A program made the position numbers and the translations under genes. Shown piece after piece: positions 34,138 to 44,040 of a DNA stretch of 64,000 bases. Numbering within the stretch: position 1 is the first letter of the stretch; every line of letters begins with the position of its first letter. The notes under the pieces were generated by a model, which was given only the letters and a program-made list of their open reading frames with translations, was not told the DNA's origin and ran no database searches. Source of the stretch: Terriglobia bacterium (GTDB lineage: Bacteria; Acidobacteriota; Terriglobia; Versatilivoradales; Versatilivoraceae); the NCBI GenBank assembly GCA_046331665.1, contig JAXLQK010000023.1:36692-100691 (forward strand), in the 5' to 3' direction.

Positions 34138-34917
34138 TCAACCGACGGGTCGCATGACTGCCTCTTCTTGCGGTGTCTCGGCCGGCAACCCATCGGAAAA
34201 CCTGGCGTTCTCTGGACAAAAAAAAAAGTCCATTGGCGCTGGCCTTCCAACGCAACAATGGACGTCTCTGTCCCGGTTCAGCCTCTACTTTGAGGCCGAC
34301 AGGTGAAAGCGTTTTCCCCGATTCGGTTGAAACTTTAGCGCGGGAGTTATAAGGAAGTCATAAAGAGACCGATTAATTTTTGTAATGGTTTCAAGAAAAA
34401 TTATTGATCGGAATGGATCGTTTCAATCCCTAAGAGCCGCGAAACCACCCGAGTGCGCTGAGGATTCCATATCCTGCAGATTGATTCGAGGGCCAACAGG
34501 CGCTGTCCATGCAAGGGTGCCACATCCCTCCGGCTAGTTTATCGCTGCCACGTTTTGAGCAATTCCAGTCAATTCGGGGGATGCCGTTTGGGCCTACCCC
34601 TTGGTACCTACTTGCATCAGCGACGATTGTGCTTCGCCTCATGAGGCGGACGGGGGTTAGCTACGGCTGCAACATGGGATCGCAAAATTCTGCAACTTGA
34701 AACTGATACCCATGAAGTGTTGAGAGCAACCCGTTCCATTGGCAACCTGCAGGGAAAATGCCATCAAATGCTATTTCGAGCCACTCTTAAATGCACCGAA
34801 ATTGAGCCCTGCTTGTGATAAACTTATAAGAGTTGTGGTCCGTATTGGGATTCCTGTCGTTCGAATTCGCAACCGCTTTCCCAAGTTGAGCGACCGCCAT
34901 TAATTTGACAACCAAAA

Positions 34918-35937
34918 ATGAAGGTGCTAGATGTCGACCCGAAGGCAGCTCCCATGGAAAAATGGAATAAACTTCGACAAGTTTTGCCTGTAGTCCTCAT
35001 GATTTTTGCAGGACTGTTTTTTATCGGGGCTCTTCTTCCCACCGTGCTCGGTCAGGGGTCTTTTGGAATTGTATATGCCATGATGGGAGCTGTCGTCGCC
35101 CTCCTGACGAAAAAGATCGCCGATCGTCATCGAGTCCAAAGAGAGCTCATGAAATTGAATGCGGAACTTGAGCAGAGAGTCAAGGAACGAACCGCACAAC
35201 TGCATGGGGCCTACAAGGATCTTGAGGCCTTCAGCTATACCGTGGCGCACGACTTGCGTGGCCCTCTGCAACAGGTCAGTGGATTTACAGAAGTGTTACA
35301 GGAGCGTGCCTCCAAACTCCTGGATGCGGAAGTTGCCCAGTGTCTTGATTTCATCAAGAAGTCAGTCTTGCGGATGCGAGGGATCATCGATTCACTCCTG
35401 AACTTCTCGAAATCGGAGCGTGTCGATTTACAAAAGAGCCCGGTGGATGTCGAACAGCTTGTGAAGGAAGTGCGCCAGGAGTTGCCAAACCAAGCGGAAG
35501 TCACCCGCATCCAATGGAAACTCGGAACCCTGCCGGAAGTCTACGCTGACCCCTCTATGCTGCGGCTGGCAATGTTGAATCTCCTCTCGAATGCCGTCAA
35601 ATTCAGCCGTGGGCGGCCTGGCGCAGAAATCGAGATTAACTGCACCGATGAGGGCAATGAGGATGTGATCTTTGTCCGGGATAATGGCGTGGGGTTCGAC
35701 ATGGCCCAAGCCGACAAGCTCTTTGGCGTCTTCCAGCGGCTGCATACAAACCAGGAGTTCGAGGGGACCGGCATTGGGCTCGCCAGCGTCCAAAGAATCA
35801 TCCAACGGCATGGCGGCAGGATCTGGGCTGAAGGCAATGTGGGTGAAGGGGCGACTTTTTGGTTTTCCCTTCCCAAGTCCATGGTGACTGCTACCCAAGC
35901 GCGAGACAAAGCAAAGGGAGCGCGCCAAGGGTGGTGA
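34918..35937 (+). CDS. Sensor histidine kinase (2 TM, HisKA + HATPase_c)
   Basis: H-box FSYTVAHDLRGPLQQV. N-box LLSNAVKFS. G-boxes DNGVGFD and GTGIGLASV. Confidence 0.8.
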   Translation: MKVLDVDPKAAPMEKWNKLRQVLPVVLMIFAGLFFIGALLPTVLGQGSFGIVYAMMGAVVALLTKKIADRHRVQRELMKLNAELEQRVKERTAQLHGAYKDLEAFSYTVAHDLRGPLQQVSGFTEVLQERASKLLDAEVAQCLDFIKKSVLRMRGIIDSLLNFSKSERVDLQKSPVDVEQLVKEVRQELPNQAEVTRIQWKLGTLPEVYADPSMLRLAMLNLLSNAVKFSRGRPGAEIEINCTDEGNEDVIFVRDNGVGFDMAQADKLFGVFQRLHTNQEFEGTGIGLASVQRIIQRHGGRIWAEGNVGEGATFWFSLPKSMVTATQARDKAKGARQGW

Positions 35938-36671
35938 GAAAACATTGGAGTCCCGGCCCGACTCTTTCTGATTGAATCCAGATTTACTCAACTACCCGTC
36001 CACAAAGGTCCAAGAGACAACGATTAGCCCAATCCATTCCATGGTCATCACGGACCAGACCTAGGAGGTAAAAGCCTCGCTCTGACACTGCTCAGGGAAC
36101 GGGTTTTCCCTCGGCGGAGGCATCCAGTCGGGGCGTCCTTGGACTGTCAATTGGAAGGAGAGCAAGTTCACGTTTTGAGAAGCCTGGCAACTGTCTTGAG
36201 CACCATTGGGCCGGATGCCTCTTCCACGTTGCCTGTTATGCAAGAATTTCCAGCTCATCCTCGTGTCCGTTGGGCCACCTATAAAGCAATCCGCGATATC
36301 CCCGGAAAGCCAGCCGGCACCGCGCCATGAGGTTTGGATTTAGAGGGGGATATCCGGATTCGTAACCGTTTGTCAAAAGGGAGTTTCTTCATCGTATTGA
36401 CGAGATTGACAATCACGCGAATACCTATTTGCTTGCTTGTTCACAGCCCAGACGCTAAGAGACCATCAAATTACTTCCGAATGGCGAAAACGATCTTGGG
36501 TAAACTCTTGGAAGAAAGTGGCATTTTTTTCCACAATCAGAAACATTCTGCATTGTATTACATTGATTCTAAATGCCTTCCTTTTTGGATATCTCGTTGC
36601 AATATTCCAAGTGTAGGTTGTTATTGGCTATATTCCTTCCTTTGATTGCCCCAATATAGGCCTGTAGGACA

Positions 36672-37850
36672 GTGAGCGCTAAGAAAGAAGTGGATCAAAT
36701 CATCAGACCCCTGGGACGAGAAGAGGGCATCGCTTTGCTCCTTTCGAGCAAGATTCAAACTCTGAGAGGGAAAAAAGAAGCGGGTGCGGTGCTTTACATT
36801 GTCGCGGCCGGTCTGATCGTGCTCTTGTTGTTTGCCGGGTTGGCCATCGATCTTTCGATGCTTTATAACGTGAAAACGGATCTGCAGAATGCCGTGGATG
36901 CCTCGGCACTGGCGGGAGCCTCACAGCTCGATGGGACAACCAATGGCATCAATCAAGCCGTCAATAGCGCCGTCAATACAACCAACAACTTTCACTTTAA
37001 TACGACTCCTGTGGCGTTGGTCGCCGGCGATGTCACTTTCAGTGCAACTCGCGACAGCGGCTATGTTTCGCAAGCTACGGCCGCAGGAAACCCTTCGGGC
37101 ATCCGGTTCGTGCGAGTGGGAGCGCGAAAGACCATGGACATGGAGTTCATGAAGCTGGTCCCTGGCGGAGGTACACAAGACGTGGCGGCATTTGCGGTTG
37201 CCGGGAATAGCCCTCCCATCAACACAGTGTGCGATGGATTGCTCCCGTTGACTCCCGCCCCACTGAAGAATGCCAGCGGTGGCATTGATCCATATGTGGT
37301 GGGACAGATCTATACCCTGCGTTTTGCCGGTGGGAATGACAATATCAATGTAGGATCGGGCAATTTCCTGATTTTGGATTTTAGCCCGCTGGTAGGAGGA
37401 AACAGCGGGGCCGCTCTGGTACGTGACCTTTTGGCAGGAGGTGCCGCAGGCTGCATCGGTGTCGGAGATACTTATTGTTCAAAACCAGGTGTGAGTGCAG
37501 GACCAGTCCGTCAGGGGCTGAACACGCGTTTTGACAGCGATACAGACGTCAGAGAGGGGATTTCCCACAGCGTTTATACGGGTAATGGAAGGAGAATCCT
37601 TCCCCTGCCAATCGCCTCCAGGACTCCCCCTCCAGTCTTTACAGCAATTGATAATGGACGGGACTGCCCTCTCTATATATACGACGTGGTCTGTTTTTTC
37701 TTACAAGATCGCGTTTCCAATGGAAATGTCGATGTGACAGGGGAATTTGTGGGGAAATGCTTTGTGGGAGAAGGGAAATCAGACCCGGGCCGTCCCCCGT
37801 CAGGCGGCAGCGGTTTGCCAACAGAATCTAAACTCGTGCTCTATCGATAG
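36672..37850 (+). CDS. tadG: TadG-like Flp-pilus assembly protein (Tad N-terminal domain)
   Basis: 392 aa. N-terminal pseudopilin-like hydrophobic segment AVLYIVAAGLIVLLLFAGLAIDLSMLY...ALAGAS, typical of the TadE/G-like PF13400 family. Large Thr/Asn/Gly-rich extracellular region. Confidence 0.65.
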   Translation: MSAKKEVDQIIRPLGREEGIALLLSSKIQTLRGKKEAGAVLYIVAAGLIVLLLFAGLAIDLSMLYNVKTDLQNAVDASALAGASQLDGTTNGINQAVNSAVNTTNNFHFNTTPVALVAGDVTFSATRDSGYVSQATAAGNPSGIRFVRVGARKTMDMEFMKLVPGGGTQDVAAFAVAGNSPPINTVCDGLLPLTPAPLKNASGGIDPYVVGQIYTLRFAGGNDNINVGSGNFLILDFSPLVGGNSGAALVRDLLAGGAAGCIGVGDTYCSKPGVSAGPVRQGLNTRFDSDTDVREGISHSVYTGNGRRILPLPIASRTPPPVFTAIDNGRDCPLYIYDVVCFFLQDRVSNGNVDVTGEFVGKCFVGEGKSDPGRPPSGGSGLPTESKLVLYR

Positions 37851-37878
37851 TTTTGGGGAAAACTTACAGAGAAATCAA

Positions 37879-38373
37879 ATGATGGCACGGCGTCTTCGAG
37901 AGAAGTTCAAGACTGCCAATGGAGCTTCTTTCCCAATCCGTAGCGGTGGGCAAGCACTCGTCGAGTTTGCAATCGTCTTGCCCTTCCTACTCCTAGTTAT
38001 GTTTGGGATTACGGAATTTGGGCGAGCCTACTATCAATACAATACCCTGAGCAAGGCCATTCGGAATGGGGCCCGCTACTTGAGCTCCAATACGTATAGT
38101 TCAGCCAATTTAACAAACACTCAGAATCTCGTCGTTTACGGCAACACGGCAGGGAGTGGACCCCCCATGTTACCAGGGTTAACCCCGGCCATGATTAATA
38201 TTACGCCGAGTGGGGGCGCAACGCCTTATGACGAGATCAATCCCCCCCAATACGTTAATGTGGCAGTGAATAATTACGCTTTTAGCTCACTGGTGCCAGG
38301 AATCATCAGTCTGAATGTGACGTTTTCACCCCAGGTCACCTTCCGTTATGTCGGTCCAAATGCCAGGCTTTGA
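37879..38373 (+). CDS. tadE: TadE-like pseudopilin
   Basis: TadE motif GQALVEFAIVLPFLLLVMFGITEFGRAYY. Start taken at MMARRL. The ORF extends upstream to 37747. Confidence 0.7.
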   Translation: MMARRLREKFKTANGASFPIRSGGQALVEFAIVLPFLLLVMFGITEFGRAYYQYNTLSKAIRNGARYLSSNTYSSANLTNTQNLVVYGNTAGSGPPMLPGLTPAMINITPSGGATPYDEINPPQYVNVAVNNYAFSSLVPGIISLNVTFSPQVTFRYVGPNARL

Positions 38374-38383
38374 GGTTTAAAGG

Positions 38384-38848
38384 ATGAACAACAGAAATTA
38401 CTCCTCAAATAAGGAAAAGGGCCAGAACATGTTGGAATTTGCATTTACGGTCACCCTTTTCTTGATGCTTCTCTTCTCCATCATCGAAGGAGGGAGGGCT
38501 CTTTGGACTTGGAATGCTCTGGTCCAAGCTACGCGGGCTGGGGCCCGTTACGCGGCTGTGGAAACTCCAACCGCCAATGACACCTTGATCAAGAAGATGG
38601 TGGTTTATAACGATCCTAATGGCGGCTCTGGAAGCACACCCGTCATACCGGGACTAACCGAGGCTAACGTGAGTGTCCGTTATCTAAATAATGACGGATC
38701 TGTGGCCGCCAACAAGCTCACAGCCGATACAGTCGAAGTGAGTATTAAAAACTATCAGTTTGTGGCTATCGCGAGCTACCTTGGAACTGCAGTTACCCTT
38801 CCTGCATCAACAACAGTCCTTCCCTTGGAAGGCTTGGGTGCGAATTGA
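38384..38848 (+). CDS. TadE/TadF-like pseudopilin
   Basis: 154 aa. TadE motif NMLEFAFTVTLFLMLLFSIIEGGRALW. Confidence 0.7.
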   Translation: MNNRNYSSNKEKGQNMLEFAFTVTLFLMLLFSIIEGGRALWTWNALVQATRAGARYAAVETPTANDTLIKKMVVYNDPNGGSGSTPVIPGLTEANVSVRYLNNDGSVAANKLTADTVEVSIKNYQFVAIASYLGTAVTLPASTTVLPLEGLGAN

Positions 38849-38937
38849 TGCATGTCCTGGAAGGATCGGCGCCTCTTCGCCAATAGAAGTCCCTTCCTTT
38901 ACGAAGCCAATATCCCTTCCCTTGTCTCTTTAGTTCT

Positions 38938-39330
38938 CTAAGACACTTCCTGCAAATCGTCCGTATTCCTGCCGGTGACGATGTAGGCCACGCCGAAGAG
39001 AAACGCAAGAATCCAGTCAACGGAACCCAGCGCCAACACAGCGAAGGGGATTCGATGCCATGCATAGAGCAAAACCAGCGCCATCCCGTAACTGACTTTC
39101 TCCAGCACCGCCGGAATCATCATCAGCCGGTATTGCACAGGATTTCGCGCCACCAACACGAACAGGATTTGCCAGGCAAGTCCGACGCCCAGGAAGCCAT
39201 AGAAATATTCTGGATGAGTGACGGCCGGAGGCAGTTCACGACTGATCCTATCCTCCATGAAATACATGGGAGTGAGGATGATCATCCCGTAGATGCCTGC
39301 CGCAAGAAAAATATTTCGGGCAAATTTCAT
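38938..39330 (-). CDS. Hypothetical integral membrane protein (4 TM)
   Basis: 130 aa hydrophobic ORF. Its start overlaps the stop of the upstream DUF2961 gene by 4 bp. Confidence 0.5.
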   Translation of the reverse strand: MKFARNIFLAAGIYGMIILTPMYFMEDRISRELPPAVTHPEYFYGFLGVGLAWQILFVLVARNPVQYRLMMIPAVLEKVSYGMALVLLYAWHRIPFAVLALGSVDWILAFLFGVAYIVTGRNTDDLQEVS

Positions 39331-41528
39331 TGCCTGCCTCTTTCAGTGGCGCCAAGGTGACTGATGCTGTAACTGTAGGCACGATATTGGAAGGCGCTCC
39401 AAGGAGAGTCTGGCGCGACGTCGAGGCGAATTCTAACCTGCTTTTTGCCTGCCGTGAGTCGGGCGGGAATTTGAAAAGAATCTTCCAGCCAAGCCAGGCG
39501 GGCGTGTCTGGCGGGTGTATACCACTCCCCTGCACTCTCCCCATCGACGAAAACACGGGCTGATTCCCCGGGCGCCATGAGGGGTCGAACCCGCTGGACC
39601 TCTTCTTGTCCGGGAATCTCGGGCCCTGCATAATCCATCAGCCTTCGCAATTCGATCCCTTGGTTCTCCGAAAGAACCGAAACCGAGAATTCACTTTTCC
39701 CATTGACGCGCTGGCCACAGGCCTTCAAGGTTTCACTCAATTGCTCCGTCAATCCATTCTTTTTGTCAGCCCGAACAGACTGGGTGAAGACCATCTGGCG
39801 ATCCCCCTCAAAAGGGAGATCCCTGCACCCCGCCCAAACCACGGCTTCAGCCGAATAGCGGTGGGATTTCACACTTGCTGGATCCATTAAATCGAGCTGG
39901 TCTGTCAATTCGAGCAAAGGGGTGTCCACCTGATAATAGAAGGCTGTCCCCGAATAATTGGATGGGACCTGACCTTCCGGCCCATGTTCCAGCGCAAACC
40001 GGAACGATCGATAATAGGGAACCAGATCGCTCAAGTGAAAACGATACATAACCGTGTGTTCCTGAGTATCAATCTCATGCGTGGGGTAGCCGTTGACCGC
40101 GTTCGAAAAGATCTTGTCGGGAGGGGTGACGTCGTACCACCCCCACAGAAAATACTCCTCCGTCCCCGTGCTGGCGTTGGCAAATGTCCGGTTACCATCA
40201 ATGTAAAATCGTGCATCACCCTCCAGGAAGATCCGCTGGACCTCGTTTTTCTTGCCCGGATCAAAATGAACCGAAGACATGACCAACACCGCCCCGACAT
40301 AATGTCCGTGTCCCTGGGTTTCCAGAACCGTGTAGTCATGATGCGGGAGCGTGGGATTTTCTTCTCTCCATTGGGCGTGGAAATAGGCACTTGAGGGAGG
40401 AGGCGCTTCTTGAAGAACATTCACCATGAGGGTCACATTCGACAATGGCTGATCGGATTCATTAACCAGCTCAAGACGAGCAGACTTAAAGAAGGGCATT
40501 GGGAAAAAATTGTAAAACTTCCCATCACTCGTCCCCACAGGCAATGATCGGGTTTCGATCCGGCCCAGTTCGACCGGCTTCTGGAGCCATTCAGGGTATC
40601 CCTTTGGCCCTTTGGGAGGTACAAAACCAAAACGGGGTTCTGGCGTTTCCCGGTTAAGCACAGGCCAATACCCTGTGCCGAAAAAGGGACCCAGCGGCGA
40701 GTCAATGGCAGGCTGCGTTTCCCCGTCCCAATAGGCGCGGATGCGTACGTGCCTTAATGCATACTCACTGGTTTTCTCCAGGGTGAGATAAATCGCAGTA
40801 ATGGTTCCCGGAGTAGAAGACCCCCAGAAAGGGACAATGGCCTTGGCTGGAACCTCTACCGAGCGGGTCATCGATTCCGCAGGCTTCGCATTCAAAGGTT
40901 TGCCGATCGCCTTCCATCGCTCAATGGCCGGAGAAACATTCATTTGCGGGACAAATGATGGAACCACTGTTCCCTGAGAGTAGCTATGGTAGAAAATATC
41001 ATAAAACAGAAATGGCCCTGCCTGATCCGCGGAAATCTTGACGCCATCGTCAGAACAGAGCGGAACGAAACTCCAGGAGGTGCCTCGACCTCGCCTTTCA
41101 TCTTCGACCAGGGGGACAAGAAAGGGACTGCGCTTCCCCGAATATAACTCGCTGAACGGCAGGACATCGGTGTGCAGCTCTCCTCCCTGTCGGGTTTCGA
41201 TGACGAGGTTCCCGTCAAAGCTCATCTTGTTCTTGAAAATATCCAGGCGGGCCGATCGAAACAATTGCACACACATGGGTCCGCGTGCATCCAACAACAC
41301 GTGACGCCCGTTCTCGACATACTGGTTGCTAAAGGCTCCCGCAAAGCCATCTTCATTTCCTCCGGTTACATCCTGGCTACTCACGGAATGAAACCAAATA
41401 CCCCGGCGCAACAAAGGCAGTTGGTCCAATTGCGTGAGTGCGTCCAAGCCAATAGTACTGGTGAGGTTCTGCTGGGCCTGGGCTCCCACCGGTAAAATAA
41501 GAAGTCCCCACAATAGAGCTTTCTTCAT
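39327..41528 (-). CDS. Secreted DUF2961-domain protein (GH172-like)
   Basis: 733 aa. Signal peptide MKKALLWGLLILPVGAQA. N-terminal DUF2961 signature (IWFHSVSSQDVTGGNEDGF...YVENGRHVLLDARGPMC). Confidence 0.6.
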   Translation of the reverse strand: MKKALLWGLLILPVGAQAQQNLTSTIGLDALTQLDQLPLLRRGIWFHSVSSQDVTGGNEDGFAGAFSNQYVENGRHVLLDARGPMCVQLFRSARLDIFKNKMSFDGNLVIETRQGGELHTDVLPFSELYSGKRSPFLVPLVEDERRGRGTSWSFVPLCSDDGVKISADQAGPFLFYDIFYHSYSQGTVVPSFVPQMNVSPAIERWKAIGKPLNAKPAESMTRSVEVPAKAIVPFWGSSTPGTITAIYLTLEKTSEYALRHVRIRAYWDGETQPAIDSPLGPFFGTGYWPVLNRETPEPRFGFVPPKGPKGYPEWLQKPVELGRIETRSLPVGTSDGKFYNFFPMPFFKSARLELVNESDQPLSNVTLMVNVLQEAPPPSSAYFHAQWREENPTLPHHDYTVLETQGHGHYVGAVLVMSSVHFDPGKKNEVQRIFLEGDARFYIDGNRTFANASTGTEEYFLWGWYDVTPPDKIFSNAVNGYPTHEIDTQEHTVMYRFHLSDLVPYYRSFRFALEHGPEGQVPSNYSGTAFYYQVDTPLLELTDQLDLMDPASVKSHRYSAEAVVWAGCRDLPFEGDRQMVFTQSVRADKKNGLTEQLSETLKACGQRVNGKSEFSVSVLSENQGIELRRLMDYAGPEIPGQEEVQRVRPLMAPGESARVFVDGESAGEWYTPARHARLAWLEDSFQIPARLTAGKKQVRIRLDVAPDSPWSAFQYRAYSYSISHLGATERGRQ

Positions 41529-41670
41529 CCAACCCTCAACACACCTTCACGAATGAGTCATTGACAAAAACTCTCGACAAAGGTACTGAACCCCTTGGAT
41601 TGTTGAGACACCCTCAATCCCTTCTGCCAGCAGCACCCGTCAGCGTTCTATGACATAAAAGTTTGCCCAA

Positions 41671-42606
41671 TCATTTCCTGCCATTGAGATTCAATTCCTC
41701 TCTCAAGGACTTGATATTTTCCTTACTTGCTTCCAGCCCTCGTTTCATCATTTCGATCAAAAGTGTCTCAAAAGCTTCGTTACTCATGCCTTCCGCCGTC
41801 GTCAGACCCTTCACCTGCCTCCGATATTCTCTCAGCTCCAAAATGGTTTTCTCTGACTGCCAGGTTCTGGGCTCCGAGATAGGCTGGTAGCGGGCATCCA
41901 GAGAGAGCCGAACTCGATCGGAGCGGTTGGGAAGCGCCCGATGAATGGTCAAACTGTGAAAAATCAACAAATCTCCAGAACGGTAGTCCGCCGTCAGCCA
42001 AGCGGAGGCAACTTGCTCCACCGGAACTCCCCGCTGTTTTCTCCCTCGAAAGATATACGAATAGGCAGTTTCATGCTCTACGTGATCCAGAAGCCCCAGC
42101 CAGTGGCTGCGTTGAGCCGTGGCAAGCCCACCCATGTCGCGATTAATATTCATGAGAGGAATCCAAGCGGTTCGAAAGCGGTTGGTCTGGCGTATAAAGA
42201 AATGGTCCTGGTGAGGGGGCGTTAAATGTCTTTCGTCGTTCGGCAAGGCAAAGCGGATATCGGTGTTGCGGTACAGGAAAACCGGTTCTCCGAAAATCTT
42301 TTCAAAAAGTTTACGGCTCGATTCGAGTTCGAGAAGTTCCTGGTAAGAGTCCAATGCGTAAAGCGGGTTATCATCAATTTGCTCCAAGCCTGCCCCAGTC
42401 CAGACGGGCTCAGATTCACCTGTTTTCACCACTCCTTGCTCTTGAAGCACGCGGAGGAAGTCTTGTTTAACTTCTTCCACTGCGTTTACATCCAAGACAT
42501 TTCGGAAGAATAAGTAACCTTCTTCGTAGAAAACCTGATTCAGCTTGTCAAAATCATGGATCAGGTGATTTGAAATCTGAAAATCGCCCAGAGAGTCCTG
42601 GATCAC
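41671..42606 (-). CDS. Phytanoyl-CoA dioxygenase (PhyH) family Fe(II)/2-oxoglutarate oxygenase
   Basis: 311 aa. HxD...H facial triad context (PPHQDHFF; later HSLTIHRALPNRS). PhyH-like N-terminus. Confidence 0.55.
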   Translation of the reverse strand: MIQDSLGDFQISNHLIHDFDKLNQVFYEEGYLFFRNVLDVNAVEEVKQDFLRVLQEQGVVKTGESEPVWTGAGLEQIDDNPLYALDSYQELLELESSRKLFEKIFGEPVFLYRNTDIRFALPNDERHLTPPHQDHFFIRQTNRFRTAWIPLMNINRDMGGLATAQRSHWLGLLDHVEHETAYSYIFRGRKQRGVPVEQVASAWLTADYRSGDLLIFHSLTIHRALPNRSDRVRLSLDARYQPISEPRTWQSEKTILELREYRRQVKGLTTAEGMSNEAFETLLIEMMKRGLEASKENIKSLREELNLNGRK

Positions 42607-42689
42607 GTTTAGGCTCCGCGAGTCCGCCAGCGAAGAAAAAAGATTCGCGATGCATCAATACGCATAACCCACTGTCACTGGCTCAAGAA

Positions 42690-43715
42690 CTATGGACGCG
42701 ATGTGGACGGAGAAACCTGATAAAACTCATAGGTGATTCGCCAGGTTGCCTGCTTACCCGATTCTAGCCGCAAATCGATGAAGGGTTCCGGGCACACAAG
42801 CTTAGGATTAGACCAGAACGCCAGTTTTGAGAGAGGGCGGTTCCCTTTAATTCTCACACCGGCTCCCGTCTTGCGATTCTCGATCCGGATGTCGTCATCC
42901 GCCGGATTCGTTCCGTACCCTTCGAGATGGGTGTAAACGTATTGGCCGCTTTGCAAGGCCGCAAGGTAGGTTAGCTCTTTGCCTTGAATCTTGGCCAGTC
43001 CTTTCAAATCCTCCGTTGCCCGTAAATCAAAAGGAAATCTCAAAACGAAATCAGGGCCTGAAGGCTGACCATCCATCATGAAGAAATTATGGTCATAGAC
43101 ACTTGATTCAATCACCTTCCGGCCCGTATTCTTGAGCGAATGTTCCTGGACCAGAATCGGCTTCCCTTTTTCGAGCCAGATCTTTTTCCGGTAGACATAG
43201 GCGTATCCATTGGTGACAGGAAGTTTTTGGACGAACTCAATCCAATTCGATCCGGACTTGGTGCTCCACTGACCGCTGTTCAGGATTTCATAAGTCGCAA
43301 AAGAACTGTAATTCTCCTCTTCGCGCTTGCGGAGCGCACCGACCCCAATCTTCACAAAGGGCTCTCCAACCTTGGCTTCCAGATAGCCCAAGGCGGCTTT
43401 GCCGGTAAGGAACTCTTCAACTGGACCACAAATCGAATCATGGACAGTCGGATCATGTTTTTCGAACCAATTTCCAAAGTAATTGTGACCGCTCCAGGCG
43501 AGGCTGGCGACAACTCCTGACCAATCGACTCTTGTCCCCCGATAAAAACCCTCGTGCGCATCCGGCAGATAAACTTTCATCTGGATGACAGAGTTCGAGA
43601 TCTGGGCTTGCGGGTAATCTTCAGCCAAACATGTTTCACCCGCAAACAAAACGAGTAGACAAACAAAGACGGTGTTCTTCACAAGTTGAAACCTCCGTTT
43701 CCTGATTCTGTCCAC
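42690..43715 (-). CDS. Secreted hypothetical protein
   Basis: 341 aa. Signal peptide VFVCLLVLFAGETCLA. No recognised family. Confidence 0.5.
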   Translation of the reverse strand: MDRIRKRRFQLVKNTVFVCLLVLFAGETCLAEDYPQAQISNSVIQMKVYLPDAHEGFYRGTRVDWSGVVASLAWSGHNYFGNWFEKHDPTVHDSICGPVEEFLTGKAALGYLEAKVGEPFVKIGVGALRKREEENYSSFATYEILNSGQWSTKSGSNWIEFVQKLPVTNGYAYVYRKKIWLEKGKPILVQEHSLKNTGRKVIESSVYDHNFFMMDGQPSGPDFVLRFPFDLRATEDLKGLAKIQGKELTYLAALQSGQYVYTHLEGYGTNPADDDIRIENRKTGAGVRIKGNRPLSKLAFWSNPKLVCPEPFIDLRLESGKQATWRITYEFYQVSPSTSRP

Positions 43716-44040
43716 ACCTCAGCTTAACCAGCAATCAAGCGCCGGGAAAGGGAGACCCGAGTTTCTTGGCTCATCGATTGATTCGCGGGCTGGCAAATCC
43801 CGGACCTAGCCAGGTATGATTCAAGGCAATGCCTAAATTACCCCAGAACCCTTGGCAACAAAAGGGGAAATCACTCAGCGTTCAAGGTCTAGTTAAATTT
43901 GGGTAAACCTGATGTCTGAGGAAGTTGACTTCCAGCAAATGAATCTGGAATGATGTCGGACATTTGTTTGGCACAGTAGGATGTACGGCACACACGCCCA
44001 TGTCGTGTCGAGGTCCACTATCCGCAAAGGAGCAGCCAGG

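Noticed and set aside
34507-34525. Sigma-54-like sequence TGCAAGGGTGCCAC (reverse orientation) upstream of glnK
   Set aside because: The spacing between the -12 and -24 elements is 2 nt instead of the required 4-5 nt. It is also more than 400 bp from the glnK start.
36334-36645. 103-aa ORF in the AT-rich leader upstream of tadG
   Set aside because: Low-complexity, no RBS, in a region that looks like promoter or leader DNA. I looked for a Flp-pilin-like small ORF here and found none.
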